A stretch of DNA of 64,000 nucleotides from Myxococcota bacterium (GTDB lineage Bacteria; Myxococcota; XYA12-FULL-58-9; JABJBS01), in NCBI GenBank assembly GCA_036339465.1, contig JAYZAY010000056.1, positions 3,119-67,118 on the forward strand. Reading direction: 5' to 3'. The notes below the pieces were generated by a model that saw only the letters and a list, made by a program, of their open reading frames with translations, had not been told where the DNA came from and searched no databases. The stretch's first letter is position 1. Every line of letters starts with the position of its first letter. The position numbers were made by a program, and so were the translations under genes. Positions 1 through 9,633 of this stretch are shown here, piece after piece.

Positions 1-213
1 AGGGCAAAGGCCGCCGTTTTACCGGTTCCGGTTTGCGCGAGTCCCAGGACATCTCTGCCCTTGAGGGTTTCGGAAATGGTTTGTTCTTGGATGGGGCGAG
101 GGCTGCTGAAGCCAGCGGCTTCGATGCCATCTTGAATTGAACGTGAAAATCGAAATTTTAGAAAGCTACTGGACGTAGCTTCAACAGATTGATCCATAAG
201 GATTTTCTCCATG
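1..213 (-). CDS. DEAD-box ATP-dependent RNA helicase, N-terminal part (gene continues beyond window start)
   Basis: The reverse-complement translation reads [71 protein letters not shown]. This contains the Q-motif (GFxxPxPIQ) and the Walker [12 protein letters not shown] typical of DEAD-box helicases. An alternative ATG lies at 198. The partial ORF is not in the supplied track because it runs off the window edge. Confidence 0.8.
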
Positions 214-1327
214 GTTTATGCCGGAGATCGAGATTGATACGTCTTGCGGCGGCACCCAAACCCATACAACAGCGACAGGAAAGAGAATTAAAAGTGGCGC
301 GATCCAGTGAGGGTCCTGCTGTGCGCTTGCCGAGCCAATTTGCTTTTCGGCCTTCGACCTGCGGGTACCACATGGATATTCATGCGGCAATGCTCTTTCT
401 TTCTTTTTATGCTTAGGCTTGCCCCAAGCCTACGGTGAGTGACCCATAACCAGGGTGCCGGCAAAGATTATTGGTATGTTAAACACATGCCAATTACGTC
501 TTTTGGGATACACAAAGCCATCTCTGGACCGCCGTTGGCGAGTCCCACGGCGTCGCGGTAGATTTCACGAGGGCCGGCACCTCCATCGCTGATTTGTGTG
601 TGGTCGTGAATTCTGGTGCGAGTTGTCTCATTCCTAGATTCTCATGTGCCAATGCGGTGGGGATATAAACTCTCTACCTACCCAATATATTTCTTACACC
701 TCAAAGCTGATACTCCGCCCTGTTTTTTCCCACACCGCCGACCATATGTTCCCATAAAGCGACATTGACAATGGTCGCGCAAGGCTACTTCTCGTTTGAC
801 CGCACCCGGAATGTGGCGGGTGTTTTTCTTTGGGAGAAACTCGTTTTTTGCGGGGCTCTGCGACTTGCTTAAATTTGGCATTCATTTGCGCTTCAATTAG
901 CAGCGTCAAAGATTTAGCCAATAGCTTCTGAAGGGAGTTTTGGCCATAGGCCAATCAAGTCTTGAGCTTTTTGTCGCTTTTTTGGGATGGTGTATAGTCC
1001 ATATTCATCTGCAGCCGAAGCATGGGGGGAGCGAAGGCCACATCTTTGACCGGAGAAGTGTCTCTGGGGGGGAGTGGTGGTACGACCCTTCGCCGGTACG
1101 TCGTTCACCGGCAAAGTCATTTGGGCATAAAGAAACTCAATTTGGCGTTTGGATTGATGTTTTAAGTGGGTCAAAAGCGCGGCCTGGTTTTCGGAGGTGA
1201 GATGAGAACGAATCAGATTGAATCACGTGACATGGATTTCCACCCGAGCCTAGATTTCAAAATCCAAGGAAATTTGGCGAACCACCGGCGCTGCGCCGAT
1301 GTGCTTGAAGGCCGTAGACACTCAGTA

Positions 1328-1362
1328 AATGCAAGTCCACATTAGGGGTGTGGACTTGCATT
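1328..1362. promoter_or_regulatory. Perfect inverted repeat aatgcaagtccaca-N7-tgtggacttgcatt, about 30 bp upstream of the RcnA-like gene start; candidate operator
   Basis: Read directly: 14-bp arms at 1328-1341 and 1349-1362 are exact reverse complements, separated by the spacer ttagggg. The site lies between a Shine-Dalgarno-like gggaagggtgggg and the upstream leader. Confidence 0.5.
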
Positions 1363-1392
1363 CATCGGAGGGTAGTGGGAAGGGTGGGGTTT

Positions 1393-2304
1393 ATGAAAAT
1401 TCGTCTTGTGTTTATTGCTTGTCTTTTCTTAATGACATTTCTCGGCAGTGTCTTGGTGGTCTACGCCGACGATGGCCCAGCTTCCCATCATGATCACGGT
1501 TCCTTCGGTGAGGCCCACGCCGCAGCCACCGCACCCCTCTTGGAAATTATCAAGGGAGAGATCGACCCTTGGGTCTTGGGCATGGCCCTGGGTATGGCCC
1601 TTTTTTTTGGAGCCGCCCACGCCCTCTCTCCGGGCCACGGTAAGGCTTTGGTCGCTGGTTATTTAGTGGGCAGCCGTGGGACCCTAAGGCACGCCGTACT
1701 CTTGGGATTGATTGTCACCTTTGCCCACACTTTTTCCGTGATCATTCTTGGGGTGGTGGCCCTCCTACTCACGGACCGTTTCGCGCCCGATGTGGTCTAT
1801 CCCTGGATCGAGTTGACCAGCGGGCTGATTGTTCTGGCGGTTGGATTTACGCTCTTTCGACATCGGTTGCAGCAGGCCCACAGTGGGCACGGTCATCACC
1901 ACGACCACGGTCATCACCACGACCACGGTCATCACCACGACCACGGTCATCACCACGATGGTGGTCATCACCATCATCATCACGGAGATGTCTCCACCGC
2001 ATCCCTATGGTCTTTGGGTATTTCCGGGGGGATTGTGCCTTGTCCTACGGCCCTGGTGGTTTTGCTAACGGCCATATCCCTACATCAGGTGGTTTTTGGT
2101 TTGATATTGGTGCTCTCGTTTTCAGTGGGCTTGGGCTTGGTGCTTATCGCCATCGCTTGCGCGGTGGTGATGATGGGTGACAAGCTTAGAGAACGGGCGG
2201 AGTCGACCCATCCCATTTTCGGATGGCTACCGGTGATGAGTGCGGCATTCGTGACGGTATTGGGGGTTGTGATCACCTACCGCGCCGTGAGCGGTATGGC
2301 GTAG
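1393..2304 (+). CDS. NicO/RcnA-like nickel/cobalt efflux permease with histidine-rich loop
   Basis: Start chosen at the ATG at 1393 (MKIRLVF), which is preceded by gggaagggtgggg. The protein has multiple transmembrane segments, the HALSPGHGKAL motif shared with the RcnA/NicO family, and a central (HGHHHD)x4 plus HHHHHH loop. Confidence 0.7.
   Translation: MKIRLVFIACLFLMTFLGSVLVVYADDGPASHHDHGSFGEAHAAATAPLLEIIKGEIDPWVLGMALGMALFFGAAHALSPGHGKALVAGYLVGSRGTLRHAVLLGLIVTFAHTFSVIILGVVALLLTDRFAPDVVYPWIELTSGLIVLAVGFTLFRHRLQQAHSGHGHHHDHGHHHDHGHHHDHGHHHDGGHHHHHHGDVSTASLWSLGISGGIVPCPTALVVLLTAISLHQVVFGLILVLSFSVGLGLVLIAIACAVVMMGDKLRERAESTHPIFGWLPVMSAAFVTVLGVVITYRAVSGMA
1891..1983 (+). repeat. Four tandem copies of the 18-bp unit ggtcatcaccacgaccac (the last slightly diverged), followed by a cat/cac run; encodes the His-rich loop
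   Basis: Direct reading of 1891-1962 shows exact 18-bp periodicity. Confidence 0.8.
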
Positions 2305-2764
2305 GTGATCTCTCAGTGGGAATTACTCGGCCTTAAGGATTTACAAACGTTTCCGCGACCCATTTCTTGAATAACGGCCTACGAAAGGTGAGCTACATAC
2401 GGTTGCGGGTGTGTTGTTGAGCGCTTTTGAGTTCGACGACACCGCCGTCTTCACCGCAGTCGTTGTGAAACATCATGTTATGATGGTCGGCCACACATAA
2501 TTTATTGCCCTTGGTTTTGATAGAGATCTTCCAGATCGTATTCAGTCCAATTTTCCGGTGAAGATTTTAAAGAGGGTAGGTGAATGTGTGCTTTTTTGAT
2601 ACGTTTTTTGGTGTGGGTTTGAAGCTCGGCCTTGCCTGCGTGCACAATCTTCATTGAAGGCCCTCGACAAAATTAATTTGACGATGCTCTCTCTAAAGCT
2701 TATTCCTTCGAGGGGATTTGGGTATGTTTCCCCGGAGTCTTAACAACATCTGAAGGAGGAAATC

Positions 2765-4090
2765 ATGCAGAGAGCGATATCATGGATAGGAGCTGCAGGG
2801 TTGGTGGCTGGGTTAACCGTAGCCTGTCAGCCAGCAGCGAAGATGGAAGAAGCCAAACCTCAAACAGGAGCGAAGGTGGATGCAGCCAAACCGGTCGAGG
2901 CCCTACGGGGCGTGGATATGGAGAAGAAAGTTATTCGCATTGGAATGCTGAATGACGAGACTGGTCCCGCTGCCATTATCGGAAAACCGTTTGCCATTGG
3001 TAAGCGGATCCTTGCGAAGCAAGTGAATGAGGGTGGAAGTGGCTTGCTACCCGAAGGATGGACTCTTGAGTTGGTGGAAAAAGATCACGGCTACAATCCA
3101 GGTAAATCGGAGGCGGCTTATAAGGAACTAAAAGATCAAGTTCTCTTTATAGGAACGAGTTTTGGCACTCCCCCGACACTGCCATTGCGTCCTTATTTGA
3201 AGCAAGACAATATGGTTGCTTTCCCCGCGTCTCTGTCTTCGGCCATGGCAACATTCGAGCATACTCCTCCCGTGGGCGCTTCTTATTCTATCGAAGCTAT
3301 GCGCGCTGTTGATTGGATTGTGGAAAGCGTTGGTGCTGATAAGGCCAAGCTCGCCATTGTTTATGACCAAACCGATTATGGTAAGGATGGTTTTGAAGGT
3401 TTCAAAAAAGCGGCCGAATTCCACAGGGTGCCTGTTGTGGCTGAGCAAACGGTTGCGCCAGGCCAAAAGGATTTCACCGCTGTGGTTGGTGCACTCAAAA
3501 AAGCGGGGGCGACCCATGTTTTGTTGACGGTTCTAGCTTCTTCCACGGGACCTGTATTGGGAACGGCGGCGAAAATGAAATATATGCCGACTTGGGTGGG
3601 GCAGACCCCTTCTTGGATCGACCCCTTCTTTGCGCATCCTCAGCTTCCGGCGGTGGTGTTCACCAAGTATGTGTGGATGAATGGTCTTCCTTTTTGGGGT
3701 GAGCCCAAGCCGGGCATGGATAAGTTCTTAGCGGCTTTCCAAAAGCACGGGGCTGCAATGAAAGCGCGTCCCGATTTTTACACCATGACATCCTACCTGC
3801 AGGGACTCTTAGAGCTTGAAGCTGTGAATCGAGCAATTGCGAACAATGACCTCACGCCCACTGGTTTTATGACGGCGCTTCGAAGCATCGATGGTTGGAA
3901 TGCCGGTGGATTGCTCGAAGGAATGAGCTTCAAGGAATTTCCTTACTCGTCGGCCAAAACAGCTCGGATCCTTAAGCCGGACTTTGCCAAGAAGTCATGG
4001 GCGGTGGTGGCTGACTATGCGGCACCAAAAATGTTGGTTTCGGTAGCACCGGCGGCGCCAGCTGAAAATACCAAAGCAGAAGCGAAATAA
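2765..4090 (+). CDS. ABC transporter periplasmic substrate-binding lipoprotein, branched-chain amino acid (LivK/LivJ) family
   Basis: Signal peptide with a lipobox (LTVAC); type I periplasmic binding protein fold features; first gene of an operon with Liv-type ATPases and permeases. Confidence 0.75.
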   Translation: MQRAISWIGAAGLVAGLTVACQPAAKMEEAKPQTGAKVDAAKPVEALRGVDMEKKVIRIGMLNDETGPAAIIGKPFAIGKRILAKQVNEGGSGLLPEGWTLELVEKDHGYNPGKSEAAYKELKDQVLFIGTSFGTPPTLPLRPYLKQDNMVAFPASLSSAMATFEHTPPVGASYSIEAMRAVDWIVESVGADKAKLAIVYDQTDYGKDGFEGFKKAAEFHRVPVVAEQTVAPGQKDFTAVVGALKKAGATHVLLTVLASSTGPVLGTAAKMKYMPTWVGQTPSWIDPFFAHPQLPAVVFTKYVWMNGLPFWGEPKPGMDKFLAAFQKHGAAMKARPDFYTMTSYLQGLLELEAVNRAIANNDLTPTGFMTALRSIDGWNAGGLLEGMSFKEFPYSSAKTARILKPDFAKKSWAVVADYAAPKMLVSVAPAAPAENTKAEAK

Positions 4091-4105
4091 GAATAGCGGA
4101 TTATT

Positions 4106-4891
4106 ATGTTAAGTATCAGCAATTTGGAAGTGGTGTACCACTCCGTGGTGCTGGTTCTTAAAGGGCTTAGCCTCAAGGTCCCTGAGGGGGAGATCGTAGC
4201 CCTCCTCGGGCCCAACGGGGCCGGTAAAACCACCGCCCTTAGAGCCATGACCGGGCTCCTTCCGGTTCATGATGGAAAAGTCACCAAAGGCTCCATGACC
4301 TTCAATGGGCAATCCCTTGTGGGACGATCGTCTGAATCCTCGGTTCAATTGGGATTGGCTCAAGTTATGGAAGGTCGACGCATATTTAGTGAGCTTTCGG
4401 TGGAAGAAAATTTATTGGTCGGCGGCCACAGCCAACCGTGGAAACAAGTTCAATCTGATATTGAGAAATACTATGAACGCTTCCCCGTATTAGGGCAACG
4501 CCGGCGGCAGCCAGCAGGTTACCTTTCTGGAGGGGAGCAGCAAATGTTGGCCATTACCCGGGCTTTGATGGCACGGCCCCGTCTTCTACTTTTGGATGAG
4601 CCTTCCTTGGGGTTGGCACCGAAGATTGTCAAGGAGGTTGCGGAGCTTATTAGGGCGGTGAACCAAGAGGGCGTGGGGATCCTTTTGGTGGAGCAGAATG
4701 CTTCGTTGGCTTTTGACTTGGCCAATTACGCCTATGTTTTGGAAAATGGCAAGGTGGTGATTGATGGAGATTGTGCCACCTTGCAAGAGGATGAAGATAT
4801 TCGAGAATTTTATATGGGGATCGGTGGGGAGTCCGCAAAAAGTTATCGCGATGTGAAATTGTATCGTCGGCGCAAGAGGTGGCTCTCGTAA
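4106..4891 (+). CDS. livF: ABC transporter ATP-binding protein, LivF-like
   Basis: Walker A GPNGAGKTT; signature LSGGEQQMLAITRAL; Walker B LLLLDEP. Confidence 0.8.
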   Translation: MLSISNLEVVYHSVVLVLKGLSLKVPEGEIVALLGPNGAGKTTALRAMTGLLPVHDGKVTKGSMTFNGQSLVGRSSESSVQLGLAQVMEGRRIFSELSVEENLLVGGHSQPWKQVQSDIEKYYERFPVLGQRRRQPAGYLSGGEQQMLAITRALMARPRLLLLDEPSLGLAPKIVKEVAELIRAVNQEGVGILLVEQNASLAFDLANYAYVLENGKVVIDGDCATLQEDEDIREFYMGIGGESAKSYRDVKLYRRRKRWLS

Positions 4892-5667
4892 TGCTGCTTG
4901 AGGTAAAAGAAATCGAACTTTCTTTTTCGGGGTTGAAGGCCTTGAATGGGGTCTCGTTGACAGTGGGATCCGAAGAGATGGTTGCGGTCATTGGTCCCAA
5001 TGGAGCTGGCAAGACGTCGCTCTTCAATTGTATTTCTGGGCTGTACCGTCCTCAAAAAGGTTCGATTCATTTTGATGGCCGAAATATTGGCCCACTGCCG
5101 CCCCATGAAATTGCGCGTTTGGGGGTGGCCAGAACTTTCCAAAATCTTGCCCTATTTGAATACCTTACGGTGCTTGAGAATCTACAGATAGGTTCACATA
5201 TTCATTTTAAATCCCATTGGTGGCAGGACCTTCTATGGGCGAGGTCTTGCCGGGCCGAAGAAGTACGCCATCGGCGCCGAGTTGAAGAGGTGATCGACTT
5301 TCTCGATCTTGAGAAATATCGAGAGATGCCCGTGAGCATTTTGCCATACGGCGTTTTGAAGCGGGTGGAGTTAGGACGCGCGCTCTGTATGAATCCTAAA
5401 CTCTTGTTGCTCGATGAACCCGCTGCGGGACTGAACCAAGAAGCGACAGAGGACCTCGCGCGTTACATCTTGGACATTAAAGAGGAACTTAAAGTCGGCC
5501 TATTGTTGATTGAGCACGACTTACGCTTTGTCCTTGAATTGGCCGACAAAGTAACGGTGTTGGATTTCGGCGCCAAGATTGCCGATGGTTTGCCGCACGA
5601 AGTAGCACGACATCCTGAAGTGGTTGCGGCGTATTCAGGGGTTGGTGGGGAGGTTGGCATATCATGA
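4879..5667 (+). CDS. livG: ABC transporter ATP-binding protein, LivG-like
   Basis: Walker A GPNGAGKTSL; LPYGVLKRVELGRAL signature; start overlaps the previous gene by 13 bp. Confidence 0.8.
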   Translation: MALVMLLEVKEIELSFSGLKALNGVSLTVGSEEMVAVIGPNGAGKTSLFNCISGLYRPQKGSIHFDGRNIGPLPPHEIARLGVARTFQNLALFEYLTVLENLQIGSHIHFKSHWWQDLLWARSCRAEEVRHRRRVEEVIDFLDLEKYREMPVSILPYGVLKRVELGRALCMNPKLLLLDEPAAGLNQEATEDLARYILDIKEELKVGLLLIEHDLRFVLELADKVTVLDFGAKIADGLPHEVARHPEVVAAYSGVGGEVGIS

Positions 5668-7481
5668 TGGTGCAGCCGACATTGGCCGCTTGTGTTTTGG
5701 CGCATGCGGCGAAAAGCCCCACGGCCGTGGCTCTCCGGAAAAAGAAATTTGGTATCTGGGAAGAGATTACGTGGCGTGTCTACTCCGATCATGTGGGAGC
5801 GGTGGCTAGGGAGCTTTTGGAATTGGGTGTTGGGGAGGGTGACCATGTTGCGATTATCGCCGACAATTGTCCCGAATGGCTCTATGTCGATTTGGGGACG
5901 CAGACCATTGGTGGTTGTAGCGTAGGAATATATCAAACGAACCCACCGGCGGATGTTGCCTACGTCTTAAATCATAGTGGTGCGAAAATTCTTTTTTGCG
6001 GTGATCAGGAGCAAGTGGATAAGGCCATCGAGTTGGGGGATACGGTACCCAACCTCGAGCATATTATAGTATTCGACTCGAGGGGCACGTGCCATTATGA
6101 CGATCCACGTCTTATATCCTGGAACCGCTTTTTGGCTGGAGGGCTACAATTTGTAGAAAATGAACCCCATTGGTTTTCCCAAAGAGTGCAGCAAATGGAC
6201 CCCACAGTACCTGCGATGGTCATTTATACCTCGGGCACCACAGGGCCGCCCAAGGGCGCCATGATTTCCAATACGAATGCCATGGGTTTGGCGGTTGCGA
6301 CTGCTGAGGTGATGGGATTTGGTGAAAACGACCGTTTGTTGTCCTACCTGCCTCTTTGTCATGTGGCGGAAAAGATTTTCAGCTTGTTCGGACCGCTTAG
6401 CTCAGGCGCTGTGGTGCACTTTGGCGAATCCATAGGTACGGTCCAGCGGGATTTGGCCGAGGTTTCTCCTACTATCTTTTTGGGTGTACCAAGAATTTGG
6501 GAACGTATTCACGCTCAAGTGATTCTCAAAATGCAAGATTCATCTTGGTTGAAGCGGATGCTCTTCGATTATTTTTCGAAGTGGGGGGCGAAATTTCAGC
6601 GCGCTGTAGAGGAGGGTAAGCCCCCAACGGTTCAGGAAAAAGTTTGGGGGTGGGTGGCAGATATCCTGGTTTTTCGTCCGTTACAAGAGCGGTTGGGGTT
6701 GCGCGACTGTCGGGTGCCGATCTCAGGGGCCGCCCCCATTGCCGCAGATCTTATTCGCTGGTTTCACAGTATTGGTGTGCCCATTGCGGAGGGGTTTGGT
6801 CAGACCGAGTCATCAGGGGTCAGCCATGCGAATCGACCCGGGGAAATACGTATTGGTACTGTAGGCCAGGCTCTTCCCGGGGTGGAGTGCTGTATCGCAA
6901 AGGACGGTGAGATTTTACTCCGGGGTAGCAATGTTTTTTGTGGCTATTTGCACAATGAAGAGGCCACTCGATGGACTGTGGATCTGGATGGATGGTTACA
7001 CACCGGGGATATTGGAGAATTGGACGCCGATGGTTATCTCAAGATAACGGGCCGCAAGAAAGAGATTATTATTACTGCGGGTGGGAAGAACCTTTCCCCG
7101 GAAAAGATTGAGAATCAACTTAAAATGAGTCGCTATGTGAAGGAGGCGGTTTCTATTGGCGACAGTCGAAAGTTTATTTCTGCCTTGATTCAAATTGATT
7201 ATGAAGCGGTTTCCGATTGGGCTCAACGGCAAAATATTCCCCATACATCGTTTGCTGATCTGGTGGCGCGTCCCCAGGTATTTGAATTGGTTGAAAAAGA
7301 AGTACGCATGGCCAATGAAGGTTTGGCCAGGGTTGAGCAGGTTCGGAAATTCAAACTTTTTCCAAAAGAGCTTCACCAAGACGATGATGAATTAACCCCA
7401 ACCCAAAAAGTAAGGCGGCGCAAGATTGCTGATATCTACGCTGAACTTATCGATTCAATGTATGAAGGAAGGGTGTCGTGA
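5664..7481 (+). CDS. Long-chain-fatty-acid--CoA ligase (AMP-forming acyl-CoA synthetase) embedded in the transporter operon
   Basis: AMP-binding motif YTSGTTGPPKGAM; acyl-CoA synthetase (long-chain) type C-terminal region; ATGA overlap with livG-like stop and GTGA overlap with next gene. Confidence 0.8.
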   Translation: MMVQPTLAACVLAHAAKSPTAVALRKKKFGIWEEITWRVYSDHVGAVARELLELGVGEGDHVAIIADNCPEWLYVDLGTQTIGGCSVGIYQTNPPADVAYVLNHSGAKILFCGDQEQVDKAIELGDTVPNLEHIIVFDSRGTCHYDDPRLISWNRFLAGGLQFVENEPHWFSQRVQQMDPTVPAMVIYTSGTTGPPKGAMISNTNAMGLAVATAEVMGFGENDRLLSYLPLCHVAEKIFSLFGPLSSGAVVHFGESIGTVQRDLAEVSPTIFLGVPRIWERIHAQVILKMQDSSWLKRMLFDYFSKWGAKFQRAVEEGKPPTVQEKVWGWVADILVFRPLQERLGLRDCRVPISGAAPIAADLIRWFHSIGVPIAEGFGQTESSGVSHANRPGEIRIGTVGQALPGVECCIAKDGEILLRGSNVFCGYLHNEEATRWTVDLDGWLHTGDIGELDADGYLKITGRKKEIIITAGGKNLSPEKIENQLKMSRYVKEAVSIGDSRKFISALIQIDYEAVSDWAQRQNIPHTSFADLVARPQVFELVEKEVRMANEGLARVEQVRKFKLFPKELHQDDDELTPTQKVRRRKIADIYAELIDSMYEGRVS

Positions 7482-8428
7482 CTGAGTTATTTCAATTGCT
7501 CGTTTCGGGTTTCGCATTAGGCGCCATATACGGCTTGGTGGCCCTAGGTTTTGTGGTGATTTACCGGGCTTCTCAGGTTTTCAATTTTGCCCATGGTGAA
7601 TTGTTGACTCTGGGTGCTGTTTTGATGGTGTGGCTGAATTCGCCCCCGGCGGTGATAGAGGATGCGTTGGCTTTAGGGGGAAGTACCGTGGATGGCCTGG
7701 GCTGGCCCTGGGCTCTTTCCCTCATGGTGGCTCTCGGAGTGACGGGCCTCGTGGCGGCTGTGATTGAAGGGCTGTGTCTACGTCCTTTGGTGGGACGACC
7801 GGTGTTTGTGCCCATCATTGTAACCCTTTTTGTGGGGGCTATCCTACGCATGGTGGTCATGCTTATTTTTGGCAATGATTCAATGCCCATCCTTACGCCG
7901 TGGGAATCCATGGGTGCTTTTGATTTAGGTGGCGCCATGATCGACTACAGCTCTTCGGCCGCTATTGTAGCTGGTGGCTTCGCGTTTCTTGTTTTCGGAA
8001 TTTTGGTTCGCTACACAAGGCTTGGGGTAGCGATGCGGGCGACGAGTAGCAACCAGGAAACCGCCCTTGGCCTTGGGATACCGGTGGGCAAAGTTCTCGG
8101 GGTTACTTGGTTTCTGGCGGGAACCATGGCGGCTTTGGCTGGGATTTTCTTGGGGATCCGTGATTATTCGGTGGATATGAATTTAGGCTTTATCGCCATG
8201 CGCGCTTTTCCTGCCGTAATTGTGGGGGGATTGGACTCAGCCTTAGGTGCGGTGGTGGCAGGGCTCTTATTGGGAACCCTCGAAGTTCTGACGGCAGGTT
8301 ATGTTAATAGTATGTTGGGTCCATTTGGGAAAAACTTCCACACTGTTTTGCCATATTTGGTGATGATACTTTTTTTGATGGTGCGGCCCTACGGGCTTTT
8401 TGGCACCAAGAAAGTGGAGCGTGTGTGA
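7478..8428 (+). CDS. livH: Branched-chain amino acid ABC transporter permease, LivH-like
   Basis: Polytopic membrane protein, about 316 aa, with a LivH-family organisation. Confidence 0.75.
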   Translation: MTELFQLLVSGFALGAIYGLVALGFVVIYRASQVFNFAHGELLTLGAVLMVWLNSPPAVIEDALALGGSTVDGLGWPWALSLMVALGVTGLVAAVIEGLCLRPLVGRPVFVPIIVTLFVGAILRMVVMLIFGNDSMPILTPWESMGAFDLGGAMIDYSSSAAIVAGGFAFLVFGILVRYTRLGVAMRATSSNQETALGLGIPVGKVLGVTWFLAGTMAALAGIFLGIRDYSVDMNLGFIAMRAFPAVIVGGLDSALGAVVAGLLLGTLEVLTAGYVNSMLGPFGKNFHTVLPYLVMILFLMVRPYGLFGTKKVERV

Positions 8429-9516
8429 TGCCTACCCGCCCACTGGTGACCAGTTATCACGACGACATGTCGCTTTTTCCGGATTTATGGAATCGCATTG
8501 GTTTGGTGGCGGCTTTGGCCGCTATTGTGCTCTTTCCGTATTTGGCCAACGATCATTGGCTGAATATTGGCATCAATGCGCTGGTGGCGGTGGTGGGTGC
8601 AGTGGGGATGATGGTTTTGACGGGCTTCACGGGTCAGGTAAGTCTTGGGCATGCGGCTTTCCTCGCGGTGGGGGGATACACAACTGCGATTTTGGGTTTG
8701 AGTTTTGGGATTCCGTTTTGGCTCTGTTTACCTTTGAGCGGTTTGGTGGCGGCGCTTGTCGGGTTGTCGGTGGGGCCTTTCGCTTTACGATTGGAAGGGC
8801 TTTATTTAGCGATTGTCACCATCGGGTTGATGTTCTTGGTGGAGCATATGCTTCGGAATGGATTGGAGGTGGCTTATGGTAAAGAGTATCTCAGTGTTCC
8901 CATGCACCTGTGGTTTGAATCGGGGGATGTCGATCCACTGGGTGGTTTTCGAAAAGCTTGGGAATTCGGTGGATTTAAGTTGGACTCCGATCGAAAGATT
9001 TATCTTCTCTTTATTTTATTGGCGGTGATTTCTGTTTGGGTTGGGAAGAATCTCCAACGGTCAAATAGTGGCAGGGCCATGATGGCAATTCGGGATGGTG
9101 AATTGGCGGCGGGGGCTTTGGGGGTTCACAGCGCGCGGAGTAAAATGATTTCTTTTGGGATTTCATCCTTTATCGCAGGGATCGCGGGGTCCATGTATGC
9201 CTTTGCGCATCCCGTGCTTACCTTGGAGCCTTTCAATTTGAAGATGAGTGTCGATTTTGTGGCTATGGTTGTTTTTGGCGGTGTGGGGACGATGTTCGGT
9301 GCGGTGGCGGGGGCCTTGGTTTTTACGTTTTTGCACCCATTTTGTGAAACCGTGGGTCGCTTGATGCCTTTTCCCGATAGTTTTAGTTCCGAATATCAAT
9401 CCGCGCTGATATTTTTTCCGGTTCTATGTCTTTTTTTGCTCTTTGAACCTTTGGGTTTGTTGGGCATTTGGTTTCGTATCAAACGTTATTTTTTGGCCTG
9501 GCCTTTTCGTTATTAA
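8425..9516 (+). CDS. livM: Branched-chain amino acid ABC transporter permease, LivM-like
   Basis: Polytopic membrane protein, 363 aa; GTG start overlapping the LivH-like stop. Confidence 0.7.
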   Translation: MMPTRPLVTSYHDDMSLFPDLWNRIGLVAALAAIVLFPYLANDHWLNIGINALVAVVGAVGMMVLTGFTGQVSLGHAAFLAVGGYTTAILGLSFGIPFWLCLPLSGLVAALVGLSVGPFALRLEGLYLAIVTIGLMFLVEHMLRNGLEVAYGKEYLSVPMHLWFESGDVDPLGGFRKAWEFGGFKLDSDRKIYLLFILLAVISVWVGKNLQRSNSGRAMMAIRDGELAAGALGVHSARSKMISFGISSFIAGIAGSMYAFAHPVLTLEPFNLKMSVDFVAMVVFGGVGTMFGAVAGALVFTFLHPFCETVGRLMPFPDSFSSEYQSALIFFPVLCLFLLFEPLGLLGIWFRIKRYFLAWPFRY

Positions 9517-9633
9517 AGGGCTTTTTTGGGCATAAATATTTGGTCTTGTCCCCGATTATTTCATTTTCGAAAAACATGATGGGGGACCCAAATACGCCGC
9601 GGGCGGGATGAGATATTGGGGGTCCCTTGATTT

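Noticed and set aside
1348-1392. Longer N-terminal extension of the RcnA-like ORF (MWTCIHRR...)
   Set aside because: It overlaps the upstream palindrome and lacks a ribosome-binding site. The ATG at 1393, preceded by gggaagggtgggg, gives a normal N-terminal TM helix.
1765-1983. Antisense ORF translating the His-codon repeat as (MTVVVV)n
   Set aside because: It is an artefact of reading the 18-bp repeat on the opposite strand, fully contained within the transporter gene.
9581-9626. Possible bidirectional terminator hairpin between the liv operon and the PP2C gene
   Set aside because: Only a 7-bp stem (gggaccc/gggtccc) with about a 30-nt loop and no clear U-tract; too weak to call.
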